64,000 bases of DNA from Pristiophorus japonicus (lineage: Eukaryota), in NCBI RefSeq assembly GCF_044704955.1, contig NC_091990.1:177010001-177074000 (forward strand), written 5' to 3'. Below are positions 51,431 through 64,000 of this stretch, piece after piece. The notes under the pieces were generated by a model, which ran no database searches, was not told the DNA's origin, and worked only from the letters and a program-made list of their open reading frames with translations. The number at the start of each line of letters is the position of its first letter. Within the stretch, counting starts at the first letter, position 1. The translations under genes and the position numbers were made by a program.

Positions 51431-54227
51431 TGTTATGTTTAGAATAACTCCACAAGACTGTTTATCTTAAGCTCAAACTGTTGTGACCTTGGTCTCTTTA
51501 TTGTAACTCCAGAGTGAGGAGGCAGCATGGTAGACTGCCTTTTATACCTGCTTGCCCAGGGTGTGCAGGTGACCCTTGGGTCTCCCACCGGTGCGCCCCC
51601 TGGTGGCAAGTCTTATACATTGGTAATGTTTACGTACATAACATCATTCCCTCCCAAAGTCTTATGTACAAGTTGAGGCGATCCCGGGCTCTGCGTTCCC
51701 GGGTTGATCACCTGAGTTGAAATCCTGGATGGGGGAAGTCAGTCGGATCATTGCTGCACGGCAGCGCGGCTGGTCTGATCAGACTGTCGGGCATGGTGGG
51801 TTCATCCTTGTGGTTGACCGCGAGATCGATTGCTGGTTGGGTGTGTGTGGGTGGATCAATGATGGTAATGTCCTCTTCAAACTGTTCTTGATTGTCAGTG
51901 AACCGCAGTTTGGTCTGATCCAAGTGCTTTCTGCATGTTTGTCCGTTCAAAAGTTTGACAAAAAACACTCTATTCCCCTCTTTGGCTAACAATGTGCCAG
52001 CAACCCATTTGGGACCATGACCATAATTAAGAACAAACACAGGGTCATTAACTTCAATGTTGCGTGATACAGCCGCGCGATCGTAGTACATGTTATGCCA
52101 GTGACGCCTGGTTTCTACATGATCATTGAGATCTGGGTGGACTAAGGAGAGCTTGGTTTTGAGTGCTCTTTTCATTAGCAATTCTGCAAGGGGAACCTCA
52201 GTAAGCGAGTGGGGTTGTATGCGGTAGCTGAGCAGAATCCAAGATAGCCAGGTCTGCAGGGAACCGTCTGTCACGCGTTTCAAGCTCTGCTTGATGGTTT
52301 GGACTGCCCGTTCCGCTTGTTCATTGGATGCGGGCTTAAACGGCGTAGACCTGACATGCTTTATGCCTTTGCAGGTCATGAACTCTTTGAATTCCGAGCT
52401 GGTGAAGCATGGTCCATTGTCACTAACAAGGACGTTGGCAAACCATGGGTGGCGAACATGGCCGGAGGCTTTCAATGGTGGCAGTGGACGTACATGACGA
52501 CATTATTGTACATTCAATCCATTTAGAATAAGCGTCCACTGGTACTTGGAACATCTTTCCGAGAAAGGGGCCAGCGAAATCTACGTGGACCCTTGACTAC
52601 GGTTTGGAGGGCCATGACCATAGACTCAGTGGGGCCTCCCCTGGTGCATTGCTCATCTGTGAGCAAGTTGCATTGGTGTATGCATGACTCCAATTCAGAG
52701 TCAATACTGGGCCACCAAATGGCGACCTGGCGATAGCCTTCATCATGACTAGGCCTGGGTGGGTACTGTGAAGGTCACGTATAAATGTTTCCCTGCCTTT
52801 TTTGGACAAAATTACATGATTCCCCCATAGGAAGCAGTCCGAATAGATGGACATTTTGTCCTTGCGTCGGTGGAACGGGTTAATTTCGACTTGCATTTCA
52901 CCTGGGACCGCCGACCAGCTCCCATTGAGGACACAGCTTTTCACTAGTGATAGCACCGGGTGCTGGCTAGTCCAGGTCCTGATCTGGCGAGCCGTGTCGG
53001 GTGACCCCTCGCTCTCAAAAGCTTCTATTACAAGGAGCAAGTCTGCGGATTGCGCCATTTCCACCCCAGTGGTGAGCAATGGTAGCCGACTGAGGGCATC
53101 CGCACAGTTCTCAGTGCCTGGTCTGTGGCGGATTACATAATCATATGCAGATAACGTTAGTGCCCATCTTTGGATGCGGGACGAAGCATTGGTGTTAATA
53201 CCTTTACTTTCTGAGAACAACGAAATGAGCGGCTTGTGGTCGGTTTCGAGCTCGAACCGGGGCCCAAATAGGAATTGGTGCATTTTCTTAACCCCGTATA
53301 CGCATGCTAATGCTTCTTTTTCAACCATACTGTAGGCTCTTTCAGCCTCAGATAACCTTCTGGACGCATATGCAACTGGTTGCAGTTTGCCTGACCCATT
53401 GGCTTGCTGTAACACACAACCGACACCGTACGAAGATGCATCACAAGCTAGTACTAAACGTTTACACGGGTCTACGATACTTGTTGGAACATAGCAGGTT
53501 TCTGGCCTTGTTAAAGGCTGTCTCTTCAGCTTTAGCCCAAACCCAGTCGTCACCCTTGCGTAGCAATAAATGCAATGGTTCCCCAAATGCACTTCCCCCA
53601 AAAATCCAGCAAATATACACTGTTCCGCAAGGCGTCTTAGGTCGGCGACATAGGCCGCCACATCCTGGCCCTCGGAGCGGTGGTGCATATAAAAGCGATA
53701 CCTGGCCATTAAGATGCTCTCCTTCAGCTTCAGATGTTCCAGAACCAGCGTGCACAACTCTTCATATGTCTTGTCCGTTGGTTTCATCGGTGCTAGCAGA
53801 TTTTTGATGAGGCCATATATCATGGGCCCGCAAAGGGTGAGGAGAATCGCCCTGCGCTTGATCGCGGTTTCTGCCCTTTCTAGCTCGTTGGCCACGAAGT
53901 ACTAGATGAGACGCTCAAGGAAGGCTTCCCAATCATCATCCTCAACAAATCTCTCAAGAATACCAACGGCAGCCATAACTGCATGAAAGTTCATGATCTG
54001 TTATTCATCGCCAATTGTTATGTTTAGAATAACTCCACAAGACTGTATATCTTAATCTCAAACTGTTGTGACCTTGGTCTCTTTATTGTAACTCTAGTGT
54101 GAGGAGGCAGCATGCTAGACTGCCTTTTATATCTGCTTGCCCAGGGTGTGCAGGTGACCCTGGGTCTCCCACCAGTGCGCCCCCTGGTGGCAAGTCTTAC
54201 ACACTGATAATGTTTACATACATAACA
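51431..54227 (-). mobile_element. Internally deleted Gypsy element (PR and RT missing)
   Basis: LTRs at 51431-51643 and 54016-54227; near-TSD AACTG/AGCTG; degenerate PBS. The gag N-terminus is joined at about 53590 to RNase H/integrase. Confidence 0.9.
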
Positions 54228-55619
54228 AGCTGTACCTTGTGTTTGATACAGATTGTTAGTAGTTGAATGATGGGGTGTGCGTGCAATGAGCAGTGTGTGA
54301 GGCAGTGTTGCAGTTGGTAGGGAGCAGCTTTTGAAGATGCATCAATTGACCTTGACCACTTGTTTGAGGTCATGAAGCTTCTTTGGACAGTGGAGCCAGG
54401 TCGCATGGGCAACATTTCTGGCAGTGACAGTCTAGGTGATCTGGTCCCACATCATACTTCCTAGCCCCTGTGGGTAGAGAACCTCTCTTGGAGTTCTGAC
54501 CCCCAGCACAAGGCTAGAGTGCTGCATGCGAGACCCTGGGTGCCCTATCCCCGGCTTGTTGAGCCACTTATGTCAGTGCTGAAGTGCTTTTACTTTTTTT
54601 TAAGGTGTGGGTGGCAGTTCAGCTTTAAGAGCTGAAGCTTTCATTTTGGAAATATTTTTCATGTTTTTTTTTCAGGAGGCAGTTGAGCTGTAATGGCTAA
54701 AAACTGTCTACTTTTAAATTATTTTTGTCCATTTGAGAAGGTAGTTCCCCTGTAAGGGACTGACATTGCTTTCTAAAATGACAGCCTTGGTTTAAGACAA
54801 TGCTGCTCTTGCTCCAGGGATGCTGCGGCCGCATTACATTTGGCCTCCTGCTGAGATTAGTGCCGGAAACCGAGTCGTGTAAGGTTGGTTTAGCGAAGAA
54901 CTATTTTATATTAGCAGGCGGAACAAAAATACCGGTGCTGCATGCGTTATTATTTCAGGCGGCCGTTAACTTTGGCCCGTGGTGGCACTGGCAGGTTTCT
55001 ACCCTACTCCAATTTCTAGGCCTACATGTGGGATTTAACATCCACCACAAACACAACAGTGTAGTTCTTGGCCTCTGCAATGAAACCCTGAATCCTGGTT
55101 TCACCGCTAAAACCTCAACCAACCCGAACACCAGAGAGACACCAATGAGCAGGAACTCTGCTTATCTCTGCACATGTATGTATTAACTATGTATGAGTCA
55201 TGATTGAATCGGCATAGAAAGAAGAAAGACTTGCATTTATATAGCACCTTTCAAGACCACCAGATGTGTCACAGAGCTTTACAGCCAATGAAGAATTATA
55301 GGATTCATCCTGGGTGGAGGTTCCAATACAATCAAAAAAAACAGGTTGGTTTGGGATTAGTTACATTGATAAAAATCTGAATTCCAACCTGAACTCGCTT
55401 CTAACCCGTCCACTTCCAGTTTTAATGGAGGCGGGCCGGGGTGGAGGGGGGGTCAGCCAATGCGCTGCCAGGAGGTGGGGCGTCAATTTAAATATTATAG
55501 TGTGGCTGGAGGCCTCTTCTTTGTTTTTAACTGCAGTTGGATGGGATTTGCACACTTCACAAAAACCTGGCAGTGACAGCAAGGTGGGGTCTGCTGCATA
55601 ACCCACCCAATAATAGGCT

Positions 55620-55860
55620 GGAACTTGCTGAAAAAGTAATGGCGTGTGAATGACACATACCGTTATTAATGAGCAAATCGTCCAGCAGGTTCAGTGGATA
55701 ACGAGATACCCCGTGTATTGCGAATCGCCACAAGTTGCTGGACAATTTGCCGTTAGCTTTGCAAAAACAGTAGCTTACCCTTAACTACCCCGTGTGTTTC
55801 ATGAAGTTCCTGCATTTGCACATTATTTGCCCATTAAACATGCCACAGAAAGTGAAGTAT
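55620..55860 (+). repeat. Copy of the flank that follows each atypical Ig exon
   Basis: gaacttgctgaaaaagt...gagcaaatcgtccagcaggttcagtggataacgagatacccc recurs at 58505-58660 and 63638-63860. Confidence 0.85.
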
Positions 55861-56329
55861 GGTAATTGATTCCTTCAGGTAGTGAATTGTTGGGAGTTTT
55901 GGAAAACATCACATTTTACATTTTTTTTCTTAATTTTCCTTTTATTCCTTTTTTCTCTGTCTCTCTTAATGCAATCTCTTTTCCTCTCTATTTCTCTTTC
56001 TGTATATGACTTTCCTTTAATTTTCCCAATTTTCTTCTCAAATATTCCTGTTTATTTCTCAATCCGTCAATCTCATTAATTAAGGAGCTACACTGTTGGT
56101 CCTCTCGTTCACACAGTTCCCAGCAGCCCTGTTGATCTCGCTGCACTGTTATCAACTCTCACTTCCAGCAATGTGGGGCACAAATAATTTTGAGCTGAAT
56201 GCTCCAGGGAAATGTCTAAATAACAGCGCGCACCCTGAGATGCCCCACTCCATCAAATTCAGGCCCATTATTTCCCCTCAGTATTATGGTGAAATTTGAT
56301 AAGTCTTGAATTGATCAGATGTGTGAAAC

Positions 56330-57400
56330 CACAGCAATAATGAATTGCCCAGAGGTGATTTGATGTTTTATATCAGCACCATAGGAATTACTGAACTGAA
56401 AGCCCTTTTGCAACTTTACATCAGTATCACGCACATCGCAGCTGGAAAAGCTGCCAGAGCCTTGCACATTTGTTGCTGCTCCTCCAAGATCAACCTTTGT
56501 TGATGGCCGTCGATGTTCAGCATCTGCAACCAGTTGGGCAGAGCTTGGAGCACCATGTGCCCTCCGGTGAGGACTCTCCACTGCTGTCCCTGTCTCCAGT
56601 GTCTGCTCGTGCTCCCTTGTGACGTGTGAGCCATCATGTGACAACACCACTCTACATTCTCGCTGGACCCACCGATGTGTGCATATCTGCGCTGGTGCTG
56701 GGTCTGCATGGAGACCCAGAGAATGGAGCTCCCTCTGTGAAGTCGTCTTCGTCCTCCAGCTGGACAGTGTGTGGGCAGGGGGAAGGGTTGCGGGGTGGCA
56801 TTTGATGAACCTGTGGGAGAATAAAGATATGAATTGGACCTGTTATTACAATGTTACAACAGTGCCTACACCCCAATGTTATTTGCAGCTGCACGGTAGG
56901 TTGGTGTGAGGAGTGACGTGCAGGAGGAGGCTGGGAAAGGCAGAGTAATGGGTTTGGGGTGACACGCACATCAGGATGTAGTTGAATGTTGCATTGTACT
57001 CACCTTTCCTGACCTCATCAGATCATTAAATCTTTTCCGGCATTAAATCCAGGAGCGGCTGACAATACCCCTGCTGCTCGCTTCTTGGGGCGATCTCCAG
57101 CCCAGCCCTCTTGGTTTCTCTGGTTGTTCTTTTCTTGCCGCTGCCAGGGACCAAGACCGCCCTGCGTGCTCTGACTCCCTGGGTCAGGACTTCCAGTGAG
57201 GCATCTGGGAACCTGGGTGCAGCGTCTGGTGCTGTGACTCCATCCTACCTGCACCCACACAAATCTCTTCAATATATAGTAATAGCCCCCTCTCCCAACC
57301 ACCTGTATGCCTCCTCCAACAACCTTCAGCTCCGATGTGTGCTCGGCTCCTTTAAATATCTGAGCTGAATGGGAGCCATCAAGACGTCATCAGACTCGTT
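56330..57400 (-). mobile_element. Harbinger Myb/SANT gene remnant
   Basis: CRKRFNDL-type exon end plus a GTGAGT donor at about 57000, with an acidic downstream exon. Similar remnants flank the 51431-54227 Gypsy. Confidence 0.5.
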
Positions 57401-57987
57401 CCATTTAATCGGCCGGGGAACCCGAATGACTATTACAATTGATGTAATGTAGTTAAACGCGCAGTGCAGAACGTGCTGTTAAAAACTTCGGGATGGTGAC
57501 CCGCTGTGGGCACGCACACACTCGCCTCAACTCTCGGGTAAAATCCCGGCCAATGTTTTATTATGGGTTTTGCTGGAAATTTAACCCCCCTCGTAATGGG
57601 TGGATTTTTGTCAAATGGGAAGTTAAAACGTTAACATTCTGAAACACGAACCCAACCCGTCAAGAAACCTACGATCGGTAACCACATCGATTTGGCTGGT
57701 CTCAGAAAATAGGGGCTCTACATTAATAATTTTTTTGTTTTGTGGAAAGGACAGTTTCTGATTTTGTAAGTACAGTGATGTGCTGTGTACGGTAGAATCT
57801 TCATTGCCATTTACAGATGATTAATTGTGCAGTTTAACACCATGACGATGCATAAGGCTGCAATCCTCTGCAATGACACACCTTTTGGAACATTGCTATT
57901 CAGTTTGTACATCATCTCTGAACAAGGATGTACATGAGTGAGTTGGAACATAAAGTTTATTTCACATTGTTTTGTTTTCTGTTGTAG

Positions 57988-58413
57988 ATCCTCCTACAAT
58001 TAGTGATATCACAAAACCGGATAAAATCAATCACAATGAGAAAATCGATCTGAAGTGGGAAGTCACTCTGTTCCGTCGAGAGACGGTGAACATTGTTACA
58101 TCCTTGAAGAGGAAAGGGGAACAGGAAACCAAGAAGCTATTTCACTGGCAAATTCCAATCGGGAGCTTGCCAGCAGAAAAGAGAAAATATATTCCCCTCA
58201 CAAGTGTATTAGAGACCTGCAAGGAAGATGACTCCTTCACTGCTGCGGTGCCAGAATTACAACGTAATGCTGAAAAGAATTTCAGCATATACTGCAGCGT
58301 TACCCTGTGTCCTGATGTATCCAAGGATGATGGCGCTGAGCTAATTATTGAAGTTAAACAGGGCACTTCTGAGAAAGTTTGTACTAAAACAGCAGTACTG
58401 AACGTTACAGCAG
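57988..58413 (+). CDS. Atypical C1-like Ig-fold exon lacking the canonical cysteines (probable downstream exon of the same gene)
   Basis: Strong acceptor ttttgttttctgttgtag and donor CAG|GTAATT; 426 nt open, phase 1-1. DPPTISDITKP...IDLKWEVTLF...RNAEKNFS...LCPDVSKDDGAELIIEVKQ...VLNVTA follows C1 strand spacing, but the B- and F-strand Cys are replaced by W and I. Confidence 0.75.
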
Positions 58414-58659
58414 GTAATTTCAGCATTTTGTATACAACACACATGATGGTGAAAACCTTCAGCTGGAAATCGTGGCACCAACATATAGCTTGAAATAATT
58501 GGCAGAACTTGCTGAAAAAGTGATCGACACACACTGTTATTAATGAGCAAATCGTCCAGCAGGTTCAGTGGATAACGAGATACCCCGTGTATTGCGAATC
58601 GCCACAGAGTGCTGGACAATTTGCCGTTGGCTTCGCAAAAACAATAGCTTGCCCTTAAT

Positions 58660-59829
58660 CACAAGAGATTAATGTGCAAAGTTAAAGCACATGGGATTGG
58701 GGGTAGTGTGCTGACATGGATTGAGAACTGGTTGTCAGACAGGAAGCAAAGAGTAGGAGTAAATGGGTACTTTTCAGAATGACAGGCAGTGACTAGTGGG
58801 GTACCGCAAGGTTCTGTGCTGGGGCCCCAGCTGTTTACATTGTACATTAATGATTTAGACGAGGGGATTAAATGTAGTATCTCCAAATTTGCGGATGACA
58901 CTAAGTTGGGTGGCAGTGTGAGATGCGAGGAGGATGCTATGAGGCTGCAGAGTGACTTGGATAGGTTAGGTGAGTGGGCAAATGCATGGCAGGTGAAGTA
59001 TAATGTGGATAAATGTGAGGTTATCCACTTTGGTGGTAAAAACAGAGAGACAGACTATTATCTGAATGGTGACAGATTAGAAAAAGGGGAGGTGCAACGA
59101 GACCTGGGTGTCATGGTACATCAGTCATTGAAGGCTGGCATGCAGGTACAGCAGGCGGTTAAGAAAGCAAATGGCATGTTAGCCTTCATAGCGAGGGGAT
59201 TTGAGTACAGGGGCAGGGAGGTGTTGCTACAGTTGTACAGGGCCTTGGTGAGGCCACACCTGGAGTATTGTGTACAGTTTTGGTCTCCTAACTTGAGGAA
59301 GGACATTCTTGCTATTGAGGGAGTGCAGCGAATGTTCACCAGACCGATTCCCGGGATGGCGGGACTGACATATCAAGAAAGATTGGATCAACTGGGCTTG
59401 TATTCACTGGAGTTCAGAAGAATGAGAGGGGATCTCATAGAAACGTTTAAAATTCTGACGGGTTTAGACAGGTTAGATGCAGGAAGAATGTTCCCAATGT
59501 TGGGGAAGTCCAGAACCAGGGGTCACAGTCTAAGGATAAAGGCTAAGCCATTTAGGACTGAGATGAGGAGAAACTTCTTCACCCAGAGAGTGGTGAACCT
59601 GTGGAATTCTCTACCACAGGAAGTTGTTGAGGCCAATTCACTAAATATATTCAAAAAGGAGTTAGATGTAGTCCTTACTACTAGGGGGATCAAGGGGTAT
59701 GGCGAGAAAGCAGGAATGGGGTACTGAAGTTGCATGTTCAGCCATGAACTCATTGAATGGCGGTGCAGGCTCGAAGGGCCGAATGGCCTACTCCTGCATC
59801 TATTTTCTATGTTTCAATGTTTCTATGTT
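58660..59829 (+). mobile_element. 5'-truncated CR1, same subfamily as 505-4839
   Basis: Near-identical to 3690-4839; ORF 58789-59727. Confidence 0.95.
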
Positions 59830-62800
59830 TGGGACAGATATCCAGTGTCTCCTGCAAGTGCACCCTTGGTGGTAAGGTAAGAACATAAGAACATAATAAG
59901 AACATAAGAATTAGGAACACGAGTAGGCCATCTAGCCCCTCTTGCCTGCTCCGCCATTCAACAAGATCATGGCTGATCTGGCCGTGGACTCAGCTCCACT
60001 TACCTGCCCGCTCCCCATAACCCTTAATTCCCTTATTGGTTAAAAATCTATCTGTGATTTGAATACATTCAATGAGCTAGCCTCAGCTGCTTCCTTGGGC
60101 AGAGAATTCCACGGATTCACAACCCTCTGGGAGAAGAAATTCCTTCTCAACTCGGTTTTAAATTGGCTCCCCCGTATTTTGAGGCTGTGCCCCCTAGTTC
60201 TAGTCTCCCCAACCAGTGGAAACAACCTCTCTGCCTCTATCTTGTCTATCCCTTTCATTATTTTAAATGTTTCGATAAGATCACCCCTCATCCTTCTGAA
60301 CTCCAACGAGTAAAGACCCAGTCTACTCAATCTATCATAATAAGGTAACCCACTCATCTTCGGAATCAGCCTAGTGAATCGTCTCTGTATCCCCTCCAAG
60401 GCTAGTATATCCTTCCTTAAGTAAGGTGACCAAACCTGCACGCAGTACTCCAGGTGCGGCCTCACCAATACCCTGTACAGTTGCAGCAGGACCTCCCTGC
60501 TTTTGTACTCCATCCCTCTTGCAATGAAGGCCAACATTCCATTCGCCTTCCTGATTACCTGCTGTACCTGCAAACTAACTTTTTGGGATTCATGCACAAG
60601 GACCCCCAGGTCCCTCTGCACCGCAGCATGTTGTAATTTCTCCCCATTCAAATAATGTTCCCTTTTACTGTTTTTTTTTCCCCCAAGATGGATGACCTCA
60701 CATTTTCTGACATTGTATTCCATCTGCCAAACCTTAGCCCATTCGCTTAACCTATCTAAATCTCTTTGCAGCCTCTCTGTGTCCTCTACACAACCCGCTT
60801 TCCCACTAATCTTTGTGTCATCTACAAATTTTGTTACAATACACTCTGTCCCCTCTTCCAGTTCATCTATGTATATTGTAAACAGTTGTGGTCCCAGCAC
60901 TGATCCCTGTGGCACACCACTAACCACCGATTTCCAACCCGAAAAGGACCCATTTATCCCGACTCTCTGCTTTCTGTTAGCCAGCCAATTCTCGATCCAT
61001 GCTAATACATTTCCTCTGACTCCGCGTACCTTTATCTTCTGCAGTAACCTTTTGTGTGGCACCTTATCGAATGCTTTTTGGAAATCTAAATACACCACAT
61101 CCATCGATACACCTCTATCCACCATGCTCGTTATATCCTCAAAGAATTCCAGTAAATTAGTTAAACGTGATTTCCCCTTCATGAATCCATGTTGCGTCTG
61201 CTTGATTATACTATTCCTATCTAGATATCCCGCTATTTCTTCCTTAATGATAGCTTCAAGCATTTTCCTCACTACAGATGTTAAACTAACCGGCCTATAG
61301 TTACCTGCCTTTTGTCTGCTCCCTTTTTTAAACAGAGGCGTTACATTAGCTGCTTTCCAATCCGCTGGTACCTCCCCAGAGTCCAGAGAATTTTAGTAGA
61401 TTATAACGAATGCATCTACTATAACTTCCACCATCTCTTTTAATACCCAGGGATGCATTTCATCAGGACCAGGGGACTTGTCTACCTTGAGTCCCATTAG
61501 CCTGTCCAGCACTACCCCACTAGTGATAGTGATTGTCTCAAGGTCCTCCCTTCCCACATTCCCGTGTCCAGTAATTTTTGGCATGGTTTTTGTGTCTTGA
61601 ACTGTGAAGACCGAAGCAAAATAATTGTTTACGGTCTCAGCCATTTCCACATTTCCCATTATTAAATCCCCCTTCTCATCTTCTAAGGGACCAACATTTA
61701 CTTTAGTCACTCTTTTCCGTTTTATATATCGGTAAAAGCTTTTACTATCTGTTTTTATGTTTTGCGCAAGTTTACCTTCGTAATCTATCTTTCCTTTCTT
61801 TATTGCTTTCTTAGTCATCCTTTGCTGTGGTTACAGGTCATCTCTAGTTATAGTCATGTATAGCATGGTAAGATACAGTTATGTACAGTAGTGTGAGATA
61901 CATGACAATTCCATCGATACTTTCACTGCCGCACTGCCAATAACAAGTGTGAGTTCTTTGGTGTAAGTGGCTTTTGATTCGCCCCCGTGTGCAATTCCAT
62001 GGAGACTGGAATGCCGTTAAGTTTAACTTTTAACATTATCGGAGGGCTTTTGGTGGTGAAGGTGTGTACCCCATACACTTCCTCCTCATCCTCCGGTCGA
62101 GTTGCCTCTCCTGCTCGTTCAGTGTGATCCGCGTTGGATCGGTGGCCCCTGCTGACTCTGCCACATGGTGAGTCCGAGGTCGCTTGCACATTAGCTGGAG
62201 GTGCCCCATTGTTCCACAGCCCTTGCATACATCGTGCTTGAATCAACATTGATGGGCTCTGTGACTGCCCCCGCTGCGCCAGCATGGTGTTAATGGATTC
62301 GCATTAGCACTCCACAGCAGCCTCTGAGTCACCCTAGGCCAGGCCTCTGCGGTCGTGTGGGCTCAACCATGTATAGTTCTGCCTGCTGAAGGCATTATTT
62401 CATGCACAGTACTTGCCGGTGAGCTACGATTCTGTGAAGATAAATGTTTTGTGTTGTCGATCGTGGATATGAAGACCTGGGCTATCGTGATGGCCTTGCT
62501 CAGATCTAAGGATTCAGCAGACAGTAGTTTGCGGAGGATGGCCTCATGGCGAATTCCGAGCATGAAAAAGTCCCGCAACATTTCCCCCAAAGATCCTGCA
62601 AATTTGCACCGTCCTGCAAGGCGTCTTAGGTCAGTGACAAAACTCGCCATGTTCTGGCCCTTGGAGCGATGGTGTATGTAAAAGCGATACCTGGCCATTA
62701 AGACTCTCTCCTTCGGCTGGAGGTGTTCTCGAGTCAGCGCACAGAGCTCTGTGTAAGTCTTGTCCGTTGGATTGTCTGGGACCAGTAGATTTTTGAGGAG

Positions 62801-63117
62801 GCCATATACCGACGACCCACATATGGTGAGGAGAATCGCCTTGCGTTGGTCTCCATCTCAGCTGTGTCCAGCTCGTTTGCCACAAAGTACTGGTCGAGAC
62901 GCTCAATGAAGGCTTCCCAATCATCACCCTCAACAAATCTCTCAAGAATACCAATGGCAGCCAGTTCCGCGTTAAAGTTTGTGATCTGTAACTCGTTGCC
63001 AGTTATTAAGTTCAGAAAAACTCCACGAGACTGCATTGTAAGCTCAAATCATTGTCACCCTAGTCTTTTTAATATCACTCCAAAGTGAGGCAGCAGCATG
63101 GTGGACTGCCTTTTATG
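59830..63117 (-). mobile_element. Truncated Gypsy (gag/protease with partial LTRs), split by CR1
   Basis: Gag (ILERFVEGDDWEAFIERLDQYFVAN, MARYRFY) and the protease start. Degenerate PBS at about 62992-63001. LTR pieces at 59830-59878, 61829-61907 and 63004-63117. Confidence 0.8.
59879..61828 (-). mobile_element. 5'-truncated CR1, same subfamily as 29765-33030
   Basis: ORFs 60040-61272 and 61393-61818; (TTCTTATG)n tail. Confidence 0.95.
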
Positions 63118-63540
63118 CCTACAATTAGTGATATCATGAAACCGGATAAAATCAAACACAATGAGAAAATCCATCTGAAGTGGGACATCACTTTGTTCCG
63201 TTGCGAGACGGTGAACATTGTTGAAGATCCTTGAAGAGGGAAGTGGAGCAGGAAACAAAGAAGCTATTTCACTGGCAAATTCCAGTCGAGAGCTTGCCAG
63301 GAGAAGAGGGACAATGTATTCCTCTCACAAGTGTATCAGGTTTCTGCAAGGTAGATGACTCTTTCACTGCTGAGGTGCCAGAATTACAACGTACTGATCA
63401 AAAGAATTTCAGAATACCCTGCGACATTACCCTGTGTCCTGATGTATCCAAGGATAATGGCGCTGAACTAATCATTGAAGTTAAACAGGACACTCTTAAG
63501 AAAGTTTGTACTAAAAGAGCTGTACTGAACATAACTGCAG
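63118..63540 (+). pseudogene. Disrupted paralogue of the 57988-58413 exon
   Basis: Colinear with 57993-58413. The acceptor and first codons are replaced by a Gypsy LTR (CCT microhomology at 63118-63120). A +2 frameshift occurs near 63222 (gttGAAGAtcc vs gttACAtcc). The donor at 63541 is retained. Confidence 0.85.
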
Positions 63541-63899
63541 GTAATTTCAGCATTTTATACACAACACACATGATGGTGAAAAGCGTCGGCTGGAAATCAC
63601 AGCACCAACATAAAGATAGTTGTAAATAATTGGTCAGAACTTGCTGAAAAAGTAACGACACACACCGTTATTAATGAGCAAATCATCCAGCAGGTTCAGT
63701 GGATAACGAGATACCCCGTGTATTGTGAATTGCCACAAGTTGCCGGACAATTTGCCGTTAGGGCATGCTGCCGTTTATGCGAAGCTAACTACCCCATGAG
63801 TTTCATAAGGTTCCTGCATTTGCACATTATTTGCTCGTTAAGGTCGCATTAGAAAGTTAAACCTGGTCGTTAATAGTGCAAGTACCCTTTTAACACTAA

Positions 63900-63966
63900 T
63901 TATGCACTCCCATGTTCCGCCATCAGGGAGCTCATCCCCTGAAGTCCCAAGGGATCCCAGCATCCT
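63900..63966 (+). repeat. LTR fragment of the 44519-50085 Gypsy family
   Basis: Reverse complement of part of the 44519-44729 LTR. Confidence 0.75.
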
Positions 63967-64000
63967 GTAGAATTTACCAATATCTCGCAAAGATTCCAGG

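Noticed and set aside
1-64000. Prokaryotic systems (CRISPR arrays, operons, retrons)
   Set aside because: There are no repeat-spacer arrays, all RTs belong to LINE or Gypsy elements, and the host gene is spliceosomal.

Overview
Eukaryotic, repeat-dense DNA. The CR1/HER LINE, Gypsy and Harbinger families suggest a cartilaginous fish (shark), which is an inference. Most of the window is nested transposons. One host gene runs on the + strand: an NCR3LG1/B7-H6-like immunoglobulin-superfamily receptor with phase-1 V (11642-11980), C1 (17834-18142) and transmembrane (20297-20401) exons. About 37.6 kb downstream is a phase-compatible, C1-like exon lacking both disulfide cysteines (57988-58413). It lies in a locally triplicated unit: one copy intact, one broken (63118-63540), one with flanks only. 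The most unusual mobile element is a 5.8-kb minus-strand LTR element (33065-38892) with a 5-bp TSD, tRNA-Ser PBS, PPT, a decayed F-type (lokiretrovirus-like) envelope, no detectable pol and a 50-bp 5' LTR. Other notable points are two large solo-LTR-like inserts with TTCGAA hairpins, a U_UUA_AAC slippery site at the CR1 ORF1/ORF2 junction, and an ORF1 module shared between two CR1 subfamilies. Boundaries were read by eye; those of degraded repeats are approximate.
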